Positions 1 through 9,482 of a stretch of 64,000 nt of DNA are shown one piece after another. A program made the translations under genes and the position numbers. The stretch's first letter is position 1. Each line of letters starts with the position of its first letter. Origin of the DNA: a virus; UHGV virus genome UHGV-2025275. The stretch is one strand, 5' to 3'. The notes under the pieces are model-generated. The model made no database searches and was not told the DNA's origin. It saw nothing but the letters and a program-made list of their open reading frames with translations.

Positions 1-390
1 AGCTGCTCTCTAACTTCCGTATCCATCCCCACTCATTGGCCAGTGCCTTTAACTCAGCTGGTATGTTGTCAAATACGGTGGCTATAAGGAGATGATCAGG
101 TAGCTTACCCAGCTCGGCATCACGATCAACAGGAACCACGTCGTAAGCGGCATCCAGTATCATCTTGATATTGGCGATCGCCGCTTCGAAGATGTTGAAT
201 GTACGCAGTTCATCTGCCCAGCTATTGTCACGCATTCCGGCACGAACAATCCAATCATATTCTGTGCCGTGTGCCCAGTTCAGTCCGCGATCGGTGATTG
301 GGTCAAAACAGGCAATTGGCAGTTGTTCAAAGTCTTCCGCGGTAACGTGCGCAGTGCTGATAATAGCTGTCTTGTAGGCTTCAGTAATTT
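1..390 (-). CDS. hypothetical protein, partial (C-terminus runs off window start); no ATG start, possible TTG start near 390
   Basis: Open minus-strand frame from ~390 to position 1 without stops (…KITEAYKTAIISTAHVTAEDFEQLPIACFDPITDRGLNWAHG…); protein-like composition; not in ORF track because no ATG. Confidence 0.3.
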
Positions 391-960
391 TCAATATTAC
401 TTAAATCTCTTAACTAGTTGTTTTCTTATTTTAGTTATTATCAGAGATAAGAATAGGTAGAAAACATTTTGTTTGAAGCAGTGCGGCTGCCTCGATACTG
501 TCATAGCGATAATCAGGCGCATAGTGTCAAAGCTAAGTTCAGATGTTAGGGGCAGGGCAAAGTTGAAATGTCCACTTCGTGCCAGGAGCGGAAGTTGCTA
601 AGTTTGGTCTGCATTAATTTGAAGGGAGCAGAACACATGAGCCAAGAACGAATTTCTGCGAAATTTTTTTCGTGCACCGCGGAGGTGAAAGGTCATAAAT
701 GGTACGCCAGCACCGACTTTACCTAGCTTTTTTTAAGTTCAGCAGCAAAACCTGCCTTGCAGGTTTCCTGCGTCGGGATAATCGATACTGAACCTTGTGC
801 ATACCGTTCTCATCAGTTAAATTAAAGATTCCACACTCTTTACCGATATCACCTTGGTTCTTGCTTGTGATGCGTTCAGTGTTCAGCGCTGTTTGCTGTA
901 GCCCTCCAGACTGATTACAGACTGCCTCTTAAAAGCCAATCCTTACTCTAAAGGGAACTT

Positions 961-1902
961 ATGAGATTAAAATACTCAGCACTCTTACTCGCCGTTGCCA
1001 TTACAGGCTGTGATAACAAAAAAGACGTGATCGGTTGTTCCTCTGAAATGACCCAGTCAGCTCTCATGGATTTAATAAAAAAATCTGCTTATGAAGGTCT
1101 CTCTGAACAGGTCGACAAATACCCTGACGTCACTAATCAGACCAAACGAAGCGCTTTGGACAAGATTAAACTGACCATCTCTGAAATCTCCACAACTTCA
1201 AGTGACACGGGCAGCACAATGAAAACTTGTGAAGGGACCGTGACGATGACCCTACCTGCGAACGAGTACGCACAGCTTTCTGATGCTTACAGAAAGAACT
1301 TTAACCGTAATCTCGACAAGCAAATGGAAAGCCTGTCTTTGGATAACAACGCAAACGCCTTTTCAAAACGCATCTCCTACACCGCACAGGCAACCGACGA
1401 TCAGAAAAACGTTTTTGTGAAAGCTACTTCTAACAACCCAATATCAGTGGGTGCCGCTGCACTGACATCGCTTTCCATCATCAACCCGATCGTTGAGCAG
1501 CAAAAAATCCAGCAGGCTAAGGATGCCCAGCGAAGTCAAATTGAAGCGGAACAACAAGCACAACTCAGGGCGCAGCAACAGGATAAATATGAGGCGGAGC
1601 AGCAGGTTCAGCAAACCATTCAACAACAATCCTACCAGCAGCCTCAGCAACAAAAAGCTGACAACCTTGATCAGTCCCGAATGGCTTTTGCGAATGCTGA
1701 CTCTGATTTGAATACCGCTTGGAGCACATTAACACCAGAGAAGAAAAAAGAGTTGCTGCCTTCTCAGCGCCAGTGGATCAAAACTAAGGACGCTATGTGC
1801 GGCAAAGTTTCAATGCAGGGAACAGATGCTGAAGTCAAGAAAATGGTCGACTGCCAGACGCAAATGACCCTTTCAAGGACCGCGTTCTTCAGAAATCAAT
1901 AG
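961..1902 (+). CDS. lipoprotein with Gln-rich coiled-coil and C-terminal DUF1311/LprI-like (lysozyme-inhibitor-like) domain
   Basis: Signal peptide + lipobox LAVAITGC; C-terminal W…R…W…C…C pattern typical of DUF1311; one of the few plus-strand genes. Confidence 0.7.
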   Translation: MRLKYSALLLAVAITGCDNKKDVIGCSSEMTQSALMDLIKKSAYEGLSEQVDKYPDVTNQTKRSALDKIKLTISEISTTSSDTGSTMKTCEGTVTMTLPANEYAQLSDAYRKNFNRNLDKQMESLSLDNNANAFSKRISYTAQATDDQKNVFVKATSNNPISVGAAALTSLSIINPIVEQQKIQQAKDAQRSQIEAEQQAQLRAQQQDKYEAEQQVQQTIQQQSYQQPQQQKADNLDQSRMAFANADSDLNTAWSTLTPEKKKELLPSQRQWIKTKDAMCGKVSMQGTDAEVKKMVDCQTQMTLSRTAFFRNQ

Positions 1903-2104
1903 CGGAAACTCCCTTCAATCTGGTGGCCAAGGCTAAGCTGGCGCCAGCGTAATGCGGGATAATTTCAGCCGTTGTTCCATGATGCCCCACGCCGGATATT
2001 TTACTCGCGGTTAGAACGGGATTTTGGGACGTAAATATTTCATTAAAGGCGATGACCATCATAGTCATCGACTACATGAATTTTCTGTTAAAGATATGCA
2101 AGTA

Positions 2105-2299
2105 TTAAGACATCTTACTTTCCGTGATTACCAATGATGTTAATCGTTGCAGGCACTCAAAACCGTCCACATGAGTCTTGCCCAACCAATAGCCGCCACC
2201 ATACTCTCTCTCGCTGGAAAAAGACGCACTGGCCAGGTTTGAATGTTTAAGTGTCTCGCCTCTGTAGACGATCTGATAACTGGTGTCTTTTCCGCCCAT
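2105..2299 (-). CDS. small hypothetical protein (64 aa)
   Basis: ATG-initiated ORF in otherwise empty 550-nt spacer; weak SD. Confidence 0.25.
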   Translation of the reverse strand: MGGKDTSYQIVYRGETLKHSNLASASFSSEREYGGGYWLGKTHVDGFECLQRLTSLVITESKMS

Positions 2300-2400
2300 T
2301 TTATCATCCCAAAATACTGTATATTTAAACAGTTACTCTTTGATGAAATGCAGTCAAGTTTGACAGCGGGGATAATAACTTGTTGGTGAAAACAAATTAT

Positions 2401-2424
2401 TTAAGGCTATATCAATAGCCTTAA
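2401..2424 (-). terminator. stem-loop TTAAGGCTAT-ATCA-ATAGCCTTAA followed by T-rich tract on minus strand
   Basis: 10-bp perfect inverted repeat immediately 3' of the 242-aa gene stop. Confidence 0.5.
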
Positions 2425-2449
2425 ATTGGTGAAACCAGTTACGACCTCA

Positions 2450-3178
2450 TCATGATTCGGTGGCGTGTGGGTTTTGCCGCTGCAGTGTCTTGACCTGTTC
2501 TTCAAGCTCACGCACATACTCAACGAGAGATCCGCCTGGCGGTATTTGGCACTCTTCCATGAGTTGATAGTAAACGTCGGCTGCCGCGCGAATGTTTGAG
2601 CCTTTGGTTAACTGATCACTGAGCAGTTCGTCACGCTCTTTCATAAGCCGCACGCATTCCCCATTGCGTTGGTCGACTACAGCCTCAAGCTCTGCGATGC
2701 GCTCGCCTGGCGTTTTGCCATCCTTACGTTGAGTCGTAACCGTGAAACATCCAAGTTCAGGAACGTCGTAGTTCAATTCCAGATAGTTTTTTGCACCGTG
2801 TCGAACAAATTCGCCGGCGAACATGGTGGCGAACATGGCAGAGGCCAGCTCTCCGTTAAACAACGACTCCAGATCTACAGGAGTGCCAGCAGCAAGAGCG
2901 GCGCGCGCAGCCTCTATGACATGCATAAACTCATCATAATGTCTGGCGCGCTTCTCCAGCTCTGCCCACTGCTGACTGTTTCGACGCACCAGGTACTCAA
3001 TAAAAATCAGCGCTGATTCGTCGGCGTCGCCTTCAAATGAGACCTTACCCTTATCGACAATAATCGTGCCCACAGCGGTTGGGTTGTTGCCCTGAAGGCA
3101 AAATCTGAAAGGAGTCCCCGTGTTCATCGGTGATACAGCCTGTATATCCATAGAAGTGGCTTTATTCCTGCTTTCCAT
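2450..3178 (-). CDS. hypothetical protein (242 aa)
   Basis: ATG with AGAGGGA SD 8 nt upstream. Confidence 0.6.
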   Translation of the reverse strand: MESRNKATSMDIQAVSPMNTGTPFRFCLQGNNPTAVGTIIVDKGKVSFEGDADESALIFIEYLVRRNSQQWAELEKRARHYDEFMHVIEAARAALAAGTPVDLESLFNGELASAMFATMFAGEFVRHGAKNYLELNYDVPELGCFTVTTQRKDGKTPGERIAELEAVVDQRNGECVRLMKERDELLSDQLTKGSNIRAAADVYYQLMEECQIPPGGSLVEYVRELEEQVKTLQRQNPHATES

Positions 3179-3239
3179 GTGTTTTTCCCTCTAAGTATCG
3201 CGTCATTATTCTTACATAAAATAAGTATGTGGTTACCTA

Positions 3240-4925
3240 TTATTTTATGCGTTTGAAGACATACACACTGACAGTTATCCCCGTGTCATCAAACTCGCCT
3301 GTGAACGACTTACCTTTGGCGTAGACGAAATTCTCCAGCATCATCCAGTTCAGGGTTGGTGAGTCCCCCGGCAAAACAGCAACAAGGCGCCCGCCGACTT
3401 TAAGATGCTCCAGCGCGGCCAGCGTATGCTCTCTGTGACGGCCAAGAGAGTAGGGCGGGTTCATGACGATTTTGTCGAACTGATAGCCTGCGTTGTCCTC
3501 AGACCACTTCATGAAGTCACAGCAGACCGTATTTGTGTACCCCTTGCCAAGCAGGATATCAGCGAAGAGAGGTGCGACTTCTATGCAGGTAACGTCTTCC
3601 GGATTGGCGTCGATGCAGGCCAACAGATCTCCGCGCCCGGCTTCAGGCTCCAGCAGCTTCTCACCTGGCTTCAGCTCGATGGCTCTGGCAACGTACTCCG
3701 CTATCAAACGTGGGGTAGGGTAGAACTGGTGTGATTTTGTATCCGGTATTAAGCCGGTGGCCACAATCGTATTGAGCGTATGGCCGATCTCATACGGGAA
3801 CTGCCAGTGCTTTTTCTCCTGCACGCCGCCAATGAAGTTCAGTGTGCGCTCAAGCTCTTCCACCTGTGACTTCTGTAGGTTGGAATCAGAGAAGTACCAG
3901 ACGCCTTTGTCTTTGCTGAATCGCCCGTCGCGCAGCGCGGTACGAACCGGCTCGGAGATCGTCTTCTGGATTAACCCGAACTCTTTTGGTGCCCGTATTT
4001 TGGGTGCAGTACGGCATGGCGCCGGGATTGCTGCAGGCATACTGTAAGCCAGCACCTCATTCAGCTTCCAGGCCACGTCAGGATGTATTTCAAAGTGAAC
4101 GTTGCCGTTCTTGAACATCTTCACGCGCATCAGGTTTCCGTCGACATTCATCCAGTCACCGGTCTGGCAGTCGTTTGCCCGGTACGCAGCTGATAGCATC
4201 TCAGTTGTGCGGTTGATGGTGATGAACTCTTTGTGTGCGAAGAAATGAAGCATGACGCGCAGGTCGTCGATGTAGTCCTCTTTCCGGTAGTTCACGCTGA
4301 CGCTGTCCCGCCAGAACTCTGAAATGCAGCTGGCGATGATCAGCCGCTCGCTAAAGCCGTTCGTTTTATTGGTCTTGTGCGCAGGGCTTAGCGCCTTAAA
4401 CAAACCGTACACGCGCTCAGAGAGATATTTATGCCTGTCATTCAGCAGATTGACCATCGTGGGGATGACCGTCTCTGCTTTGAACTCAGGTACGCCAACG
4501 AACTCCTTAACCTTCATCTGGTAGCCGGTTCTGTCAGTCTTGATGGTTTCCTGCTTGCCTTCTATGAACTGTTCGCGCCACTCATCTCGGCGGGAAGCTG
4601 GCATGATCAGCAGAACGTTTGTCATATCTGTGACCTTCTTCCAGTATTCGGCCCAGATATTCTGCTTCACCCACTCAAGATCGACCTTATCCAGCCAGGC
4701 TCTGTTGAAGCGTGTGCGTTCGTCATCCGGCCGGTGGTTGAGTCGAAGCAGGCGGTTAATCATGTTGTGACGCTCATCGCCATAAACGAAGTCGTGAACC
4801 TGATGCATGAATGCGATCTCTTTCTCGCACTCGGCCACAATTTCGTGGATGACGTTCATTTCCTGCCGGTAGTCGATATCAGTGTTTGGGGTGATAGCGT
4901 CAATGATGGAAAGGGCTGTATTCAT
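3240..4925 (-). CDS. putative DNA methyltransferase (N6-adenine/N4-cytosine class, NPPY motif) with ~400-aa N-terminal extension
   Basis: Motif I-like EPEAGRGDL followed by IVMNPPYS near C-terminus; ORF-track start at 4943 is TTG, first ATG at 4925. Confidence 0.6.
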   Translation of the reverse strand: MNTALSIIDAITPNTDIDYRQEMNVIHEIVAECEKEIAFMHQVHDFVYGDERHNMINRLLRLNHRPDDERTRFNRAWLDKVDLEWVKQNIWAEYWKKVTDMTNVLLIMPASRRDEWREQFIEGKQETIKTDRTGYQMKVKEFVGVPEFKAETVIPTMVNLLNDRHKYLSERVYGLFKALSPAHKTNKTNGFSERLIIASCISEFWRDSVSVNYRKEDYIDDLRVMLHFFAHKEFITINRTTEMLSAAYRANDCQTGDWMNVDGNLMRVKMFKNGNVHFEIHPDVAWKLNEVLAYSMPAAIPAPCRTAPKIRAPKEFGLIQKTISEPVRTALRDGRFSKDKGVWYFSDSNLQKSQVEELERTLNFIGGVQEKKHWQFPYEIGHTLNTIVATGLIPDTKSHQFYPTPRLIAEYVARAIELKPGEKLLEPEAGRGDLLACIDANPEDVTCIEVAPLFADILLGKGYTNTVCCDFMKWSEDNAGYQFDKIVMNPPYSLGRHREHTLAALEHLKVGGRLVAVLPGDSPTLNWMMLENFVYAKGKSFTGEFDDTGITVSVYVFKRIK

Positions 4926-4935
4926 GATTGCACCA

Positions 4936-4966
4936 TTAAACAAATTGTTTTCTTGTTGGTGTTATT
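4936..4966. promoter_or_regulatory. motif-2 copy (AAACAA-A-TTGTTT palindrome) just upstream of the 567-aa MTase start
   Basis: ttaaacaaattgttttcttgttggtgttatt; one of >=7 dispersed copies. Confidence 0.5.
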
Positions 4967-5026
4967 TTCCCAAAGTTGAAAAGGCGTAAAAGCAGCATTC
5001 ACAGGCGTTGCAGCTGATTTAAGGCG

Positions 5027-5050
5027 TAAAAAAGGGGGCTTTCGCCCCCT
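5027..5050 (-). terminator. intrinsic terminator after 199-aa gene
   Basis: AGGGGGCTTTCGCCCCCT hairpin followed (minus strand) by T-run. Confidence 0.6.
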
Positions 5051-5066
5051 GTCGGCAGGTGAGAAA

Positions 5067-5666
5067 TTAGTGGTGTACGTGCTGCGTTTTGTGCGGCTGT
5101 TTGTTCAGGTCGTGGCGATGGGTCAGCTCGCGCATCATGTCTTCAAGACGGCTCTTGGTGTCGTCAAGCTGGTCGGCCATTGCCCCCAGCAGCTGGCGAA
5201 CGGCCATCGGATCGTCGCTGTTCAGATCAGGCATTTTGAACCCAGCCTGGGAAGACATCAGTTTGAAGGCGGCCAGCAACATCGCCAGAGAAGACTTCAG
5301 TCCGGCGATTTCGCGATCTTTGCTGGCGTTGGTTTCATCTGCCTTGACTGAATCCGGTGAGCACTTCGGCTTGCTTACCATTTCCAGAGTTGCCTGAAGT
5401 TTGTCGGCGCGTTCTTTCTCTTCCAGATACGCTTCGCCGAAATGACGCGCCAGCATCACAATTTCAATCGGATCATCAATCATGCTTGAGAACTTGAGAA
5501 CGCTGAAAAGGCGGTCGATAGGGGAGGCGTCGTCTTCGTGACCAACCACAAGACCCATGATCTCAACCAGTTCGGCCGCACCAACTTTTTTAATCACGCT
5601 TTCAACTTTGGCATTAGTTTTTTTGCATTTTTCGCACATGTGTTTTTTCCTTATGTTTTTAAACAA
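5067..5666 (-). CDS. hypothetical protein (199 aa)
   Basis: ATG with AAGGAAAA SD; motif-2 copy at 5659-5689 upstream. Confidence 0.6.
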   Translation of the reverse strand: MFKNIRKKHMCEKCKKTNAKVESVIKKVGAAELVEIMGLVVGHEDDASPIDRLFSVLKFSSMIDDPIEIVMLARHFGEAYLEEKERADKLQATLEMVSKPKCSPDSVKADETNASKDREIAGLKSSLAMLLAAFKLMSSQAGFKMPDLNSDDPMAVRQLLGAMADQLDDTKSRLEDMMRELTHRHDLNKQPHKTQHVHH

Positions 5667-5747
5667 GTTGTTTTCTCGATGGCGTTATTGTGGCGTGACT
5701 GAAAAGGTGGGCAAACGCTACGTAAAGGCGGACGCCCACACTGACGG

Positions 5748-6590
5748 TTAATGAAGACGTTTGGATTCCTCCATTTCACGTTCGACATGCTCACGACACG
5801 GCTCATACTCAATGGCGCTGGCGGTAATTTTCCCGGCAGCAATTAGCTTCACGGCAGCAAAGCAAAGTCCTTTAAAGGTGAACTTGGCCTGGTTGCGTCC
5901 GTTTCCGATGACAACGTTTTTGCCATATCCGCGGTCAATGAAGATCTTGAGGAACTGGCGGTTAACAGTGGTGTATTTGCGCTTAACGTACACATCACCC
6001 AGCGAGTCCATCAGCGCACCCAGAACAGCCCCGGACGTTCCGAGAATGCGACCAGCTTCATTCAGCCCATAAAGCTCATCAGCAGTGCCGCAAATGGTGT
6101 CCATGAGAATGGCTTTTGGCCTTGCCACCGACAGCTTGCGCTCAAGATCAGCACGCTGTTCTTCAAGATCGGCTGCCAGTCGAAGTGCTTCTGAAAAGGT
6201 TTCCGGGATGCTGGGGTAGGCACCGTAAAGCGCCCCGCTTGAAACACTCATTTCCAGCTCATGCCAGCGCTCAATGACAGCAGCGCGGTACTTCAACGAG
6301 TAGCCGGTAATGAGAACATCGGTATGCTTTCGGTCGAGCATGTACTCGCCTTCCATTCCCCGGTAATCGATGTTGACAACAATGCCTTCAACAATTGTAA
6401 GCAACTGATTTTTCTCATAACGCAATTTTGCGTTATGGTAATCGTCGGCATACAGCTCATTCAGCACGCTACGGATGTCGCGAAGAATGTCGCTGTGTCG
6501 TTTACCGGTCAGCTTTGAGATTTCTTTTGAGGACATCAATGGTCTGTCCGGGAGCACACCGGGAATCGATAAAGTAGTCATCTCAAACAT
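5748..6590 (-). CDS. phage antirepressor (N-terminal Rha/AntA-like domain, C-terminal KilA-C-like domain)
   Basis: MSSKEISKLTGKRHSDILRDI matches Rha family N-terminus; GGAGAA SD. Confidence 0.7.
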   Translation of the reverse strand: MFEMTTLSIPGVLPDRPLMSSKEISKLTGKRHSDILRDIRSVLNELYADDYHNAKLRYEKNQLLTIVEGIVVNIDYRGMEGEYMLDRKHTDVLITGYSLKYRAAVIERWHELEMSVSSGALYGAYPSIPETFSEALRLAADLEEQRADLERKLSVARPKAILMDTICGTADELYGLNEAGRILGTSGAVLGALMDSLGDVYVKRKYTTVNRQFLKIFIDRGYGKNVVIGNGRNQAKFTFKGLCFAAVKLIAAGKITASAIEYEPCREHVEREMEESKRLH

Positions 6591-6605
6591 ACATTCTCCA
6601 TTCAG

Positions 6606-6635
6606 TGTAAAAAGGGCCGTCAGTGGCCCTTGTTG
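6606..6635 (-). terminator. terminator/attenuator-like hairpin ~25 nt upstream of the antirepressor start codon
   Basis: AGGGCCGTCAGTGGCCCT followed by TTTTT on minus strand, lying between motif-2 copy (6658-6676) and ATG. Confidence 0.45.
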
Positions 6636-6698
6636 TTAACTCTCATTGGTTAATTGGCTAAACAATTTGTTTTAACAGTGCCGAAAATGGATTCGGCA

Positions 6699-6887
6699 TC
6701 AAAAGAACCCGAGAATGCTGCCCACCGGAACAACGAAAATTCCCACGACACGCGCAAGTGTCATTCCGGCATCAAACTGAAGATCACCACCGTTCACGAG
6801 TTTCACTAGATTCATGATCCAGCCACCAAGTAGAAAAATGGCGAGGCCAACAATCATCGCGGTGACTTTCCGGAAGGTCCATTTCAT
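6699..6887 (-). CDS. small two-TM membrane protein (62 aa), holin-like
   Basis: Two hydrophobic helices; ATGA overlap with upstream ORF. Confidence 0.5.
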   Translation of the reverse strand: MKWTFRKVTAMIVGLAIFLLGGWIMNLVKLVNGGDLQFDAGMTLARVVGIFVVPVGSILGFF

Positions 6888-7135
6888 GCAATAGCCTCAG
6901 TCACAGCAGAAGGAAGATCCGGAGTTGCAGGTCGAGTTGGAATCGTGTCCAACAGCATCCCATCCAGAGAGACAGGAGGTCGTTCTGGCAGGGGTGTCGT
7001 CTGCAAGGTTGTGGTGGAAGTAGTTGTGTCCGGTATCAACAGACTCTGACCGGCTGGTACGGCTACCGCTGCCAGGGTTGCTAAAATTACTCCGTAGGCC
7101 ATTGGCTTCAGTCGATTTCGTTGAAAATTTTCCAT
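6884..7135 (-). CDS. small protein with N-terminal TM/signal anchor and Thr/Pro-rich tail (84 aa); alternative frame to 6897..7391
   Basis: ATG preceded by AAGGACAG SD; stop overlaps start of 62-aa membrane protein. Confidence 0.4.
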   Translation of the reverse strand: MENFQRNRLKPMAYGVILATLAAVAVPAGQSLLIPDTTTSTTTLQTTPLPERPPVSLDGMLLDTIPTRPATPDLPSAVTEAIA

Positions 7136-7391
7136 GAGAACTGTCCTTGTGCGTCTGGGATTCACGCAACACACGAGAGGCGACGGAATCACGCACCTTC
7201 TCCATGCCTACTGTCGCACCCAGATTTGCTATGGCGGTAGCTTGCGCATCAATGCGCTTCTCCAGCTCAAACACTCGTTCTTCCAGTTCCGCAAGGCGTG
7301 CAGAAACACGACCGCTAAACAGCTCGGTCAGAACCAGGCGAATTGAACGGGGACGTTTATTGAAAGAAGTGAAAGGCGTTTGACGTGCCAT
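6897..7391 (-). CDS. hypothetical coiled-coil protein (164 aa); C-terminal half low-complexity, overlaps 84-aa ORF in other frame
   Basis: N-terminal 85 aa look protein-like (LAELEERVFELEKRIDAQ); weak SD; C-terminal S/T/G-rich stretch may be non-coding. Confidence 0.35.
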   Translation of the reverse strand: MARQTPFTSFNKRPRSIRLVLTELFSGRVSARLAELEERVFELEKRIDAQATAIANLGATVGMEKVRDSVASRVLRESQTHKDSSHGKFSTKSTEANGLRSNFSNPGSGSRTSRSESVDTGHNYFHHNLADDTPARTTSCLSGWDAVGHDSNSTCNSGSSFCCD

Positions 7392-7521
7392 TTGGATTCC
7401 ATTCAGTGTCAGAAAGAGTTGCGGCTGGCCAAGCCAGCCGCCTTTTGGCGTTCCATCCTGGAACAGTACCTAACCGGTACTTCGTCATCCTGACGAACGG
7501 TAAGATACCTGATTTAAAATG

Positions 7522-7541
7522 ATAGGTAAATACTTACCTAT
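7522..7541. promoter_or_regulatory. motif-1 palindrome ATAGGTAAATACTTACCTAT
   Basis: Near-perfect 20-bp palindrome, one of ~16 dispersed intergenic copies. Confidence 0.5.
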
Positions 7542-7799
7542 CATTTTGTGACAAAAATCCAATATCACGCTTGTGAGGCATATCAGCTGCGGAGTAGACG
7601 GCGATCTTCGACAGGCGGTCACACATTAAGTCGGCTTTGAGCGAGGAGCGGACGTTGACTTAGCCGGATCGCTTAGGGCTTTTAATATTACTGGCGCGGA
7701 TTTCTGGGATACTTTCAAGCTCTTTCCTCAACTAAAACGGAAAATTTCGGCGGACTTTCTACTAGATAGTCCGCCATTATAGTTGCTTTTATATAGTTA

Positions 7800-9482
7800 T
7801 TAATCAACCTTCCAAACGTTGACAGCTTGCTTTGACATCCATTTCTGAAAATCATTGACAGTTTCTAAATTCCACTCTGCATATTCAGTGACTTTTGAAG
7901 CCAGAAAATATCCAGATTTTGTATATTCTTTTTTCTTATCTTCAAATGATGAGCGCTTTAAGTTATCTTTATCCATTAAAATCATGTTTCCAAGCCTATC
8001 TTTTACATCATTAATTCCTTCACCAAAAGAATCGCACCATTCTTTTTCGGGGTGATAAGGACAAATATGTTCTAATGTGGTTTTTTCATAATCACATTGA
8101 TTACCTAAATGCCCCTCAATCTCAGAAAGTAAAAACCGTATTTTTTTTGCCGTTTGCCTACTTGGCATCCTATGAAACTCAAAAGCATTAAAGAATGAAT
8201 TATCATCAGGATACAAGCGTTTAAATTCTTCACTATTTTTTACATGACTAGCTCTTAAAAACTCTCGATTATAAACTTTGTTAGCAATTTGATTGTAAAT
8301 ATTCTCTTGCTCGCTGGGCGATAAGTGGCAAATAACGTTATAACGAATAGATAATACGTATAAATATCTTACGAGTTTAACAAACTCTTCAGGAGAAAAG
8401 TTACCGAAGGCAGCAAGGAATATCGTAAGTGGTTGCTTGATATTGAATAACCTTATTCCATTAAGATAATGCAAAACATTTCTGTATTTCTCATCTTGAT
8501 CTCCCCACCATGCATCATTAGGGTTAATCAATGATGCATAGATAGGTGAGTAGTCAATTAATGATTTTAAATACTGATACGCTTCTTCCGGTTTCGTTAA
8601 TATCTTTCTCATAGAGGAAAACAGGTTGTTCTTAGTGACCATTTTTCTCTGCGAGTTATAGTGATATCTAATGTAATCAGAAACATTGCTTTCGCCAAGT
8701 TGGACGATCATTTCTGACCATTGCTCGTCCAAATCATTGAGTTCATCTTCTCCGATTTGATCATCTTTTGTCACAATTGAGAATAAATAGTTCTTAAGTA
8801 GATCTGGGGTGGAAAGTTGAACACCTCTCGCATTCAAAGTTTCAAAAACTTTATAAGCATTAAGATCATCTTGCACTATTATCTTTGTGAAAACCATGCT
8901 CGAAGAAAAATCTGCAATGAACTGAGCAATATCAGCACCTGTTCTACCAAAATCTTTCTTAGTAAAAAAATCAAAACATTTTCTTATCAATTTATTAGTC
9001 GATGTTATACCTCGAGGATTTTGAGTCTCTAAATGCGATGACATTCTTTGAAAATAACTTTTATTGTTTCTATTTAGTTCTAATTTATTAATCACTTTGA
9101 GCGTAACGAAGTTCTTACTTCCTACAAAGTTTTGAGTTATACCATTGAGTCGCTCAGTGTTTCCCTCTACATCCTCTCCATTATCAATTAAGGTTTTGAT
9201 AGCTTTCATTGCAGCCAGAACTATAATCGATAACGTAACTAAACGTTGTTGCCCATCGATAATTTCATGTTGATACTGTTCTTTTTGCTGAAGGACAATG
9301 TAGCCCATATAATGGAACCCTTCATCATCAAGTGCATTTATATCCCCCCACAAGTCCTCCCATTGCCCCACATCCCATGCGTAGTCTCGCTGGAACCTGG
9401 GTACAATATATTTGTTTGGACCACCAATTAATTCATTAAAATTCTCATTTTTTGGTTCCATCAACATAAATTGCTTTGCCAT
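7800..9482 (-). CDS. DUF262 (ParB-like NTPase/nuclease) + C-terminal DUF1524 (His-Me finger) protein, GmrSD-like type IV restriction-like enzyme
   Basis: PRFQRDYAW … IDGQQRL (DGQQR motif of DUF262); C-terminal LEHICP…H region; gene markedly AT-rich vs neighbours. Confidence 0.65.
   Translation of the reverse strand: MAKQFMLMEPKNENFNELIGGPNKYIVPRFQRDYAWDVGQWEDLWGDINALDDEGFHYMGYIVLQQKEQYQHEIIDGQQRLVTLSIIVLAAMKAIKTLIDNGEDVEGNTERLNGITQNFVGSKNFVTLKVINKLELNRNNKSYFQRMSSHLETQNPRGITSTNKLIRKCFDFFTKKDFGRTGADIAQFIADFSSSMVFTKIIVQDDLNAYKVFETLNARGVQLSTPDLLKNYLFSIVTKDDQIGEDELNDLDEQWSEMIVQLGESNVSDYIRYHYNSQRKMVTKNNLFSSMRKILTKPEEAYQYLKSLIDYSPIYASLINPNDAWWGDQDEKYRNVLHYLNGIRLFNIKQPLTIFLAAFGNFSPEEFVKLVRYLYVLSIRYNVICHLSPSEQENIYNQIANKVYNREFLRASHVKNSEEFKRLYPDDNSFFNAFEFHRMPSRQTAKKIRFLLSEIEGHLGNQCDYEKTTLEHICPYHPEKEWCDSFGEGINDVKDRLGNMILMDKDNLKRSSFEDKKKEYTKSGYFLASKVTEYAEWNLETVNDFQKWMSKQAVNVWKVD

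Noticed and set aside
7522-7541. Motif-1 palindromes as simple rho-independent terminators
   Set aside because: Stems are only 7-8 bp and AT-rich with a 4-nt GTAC loop, and several copies lack a U-tract in the gene-sense orientation. A terminator role is kept only as an alternative in the findings.
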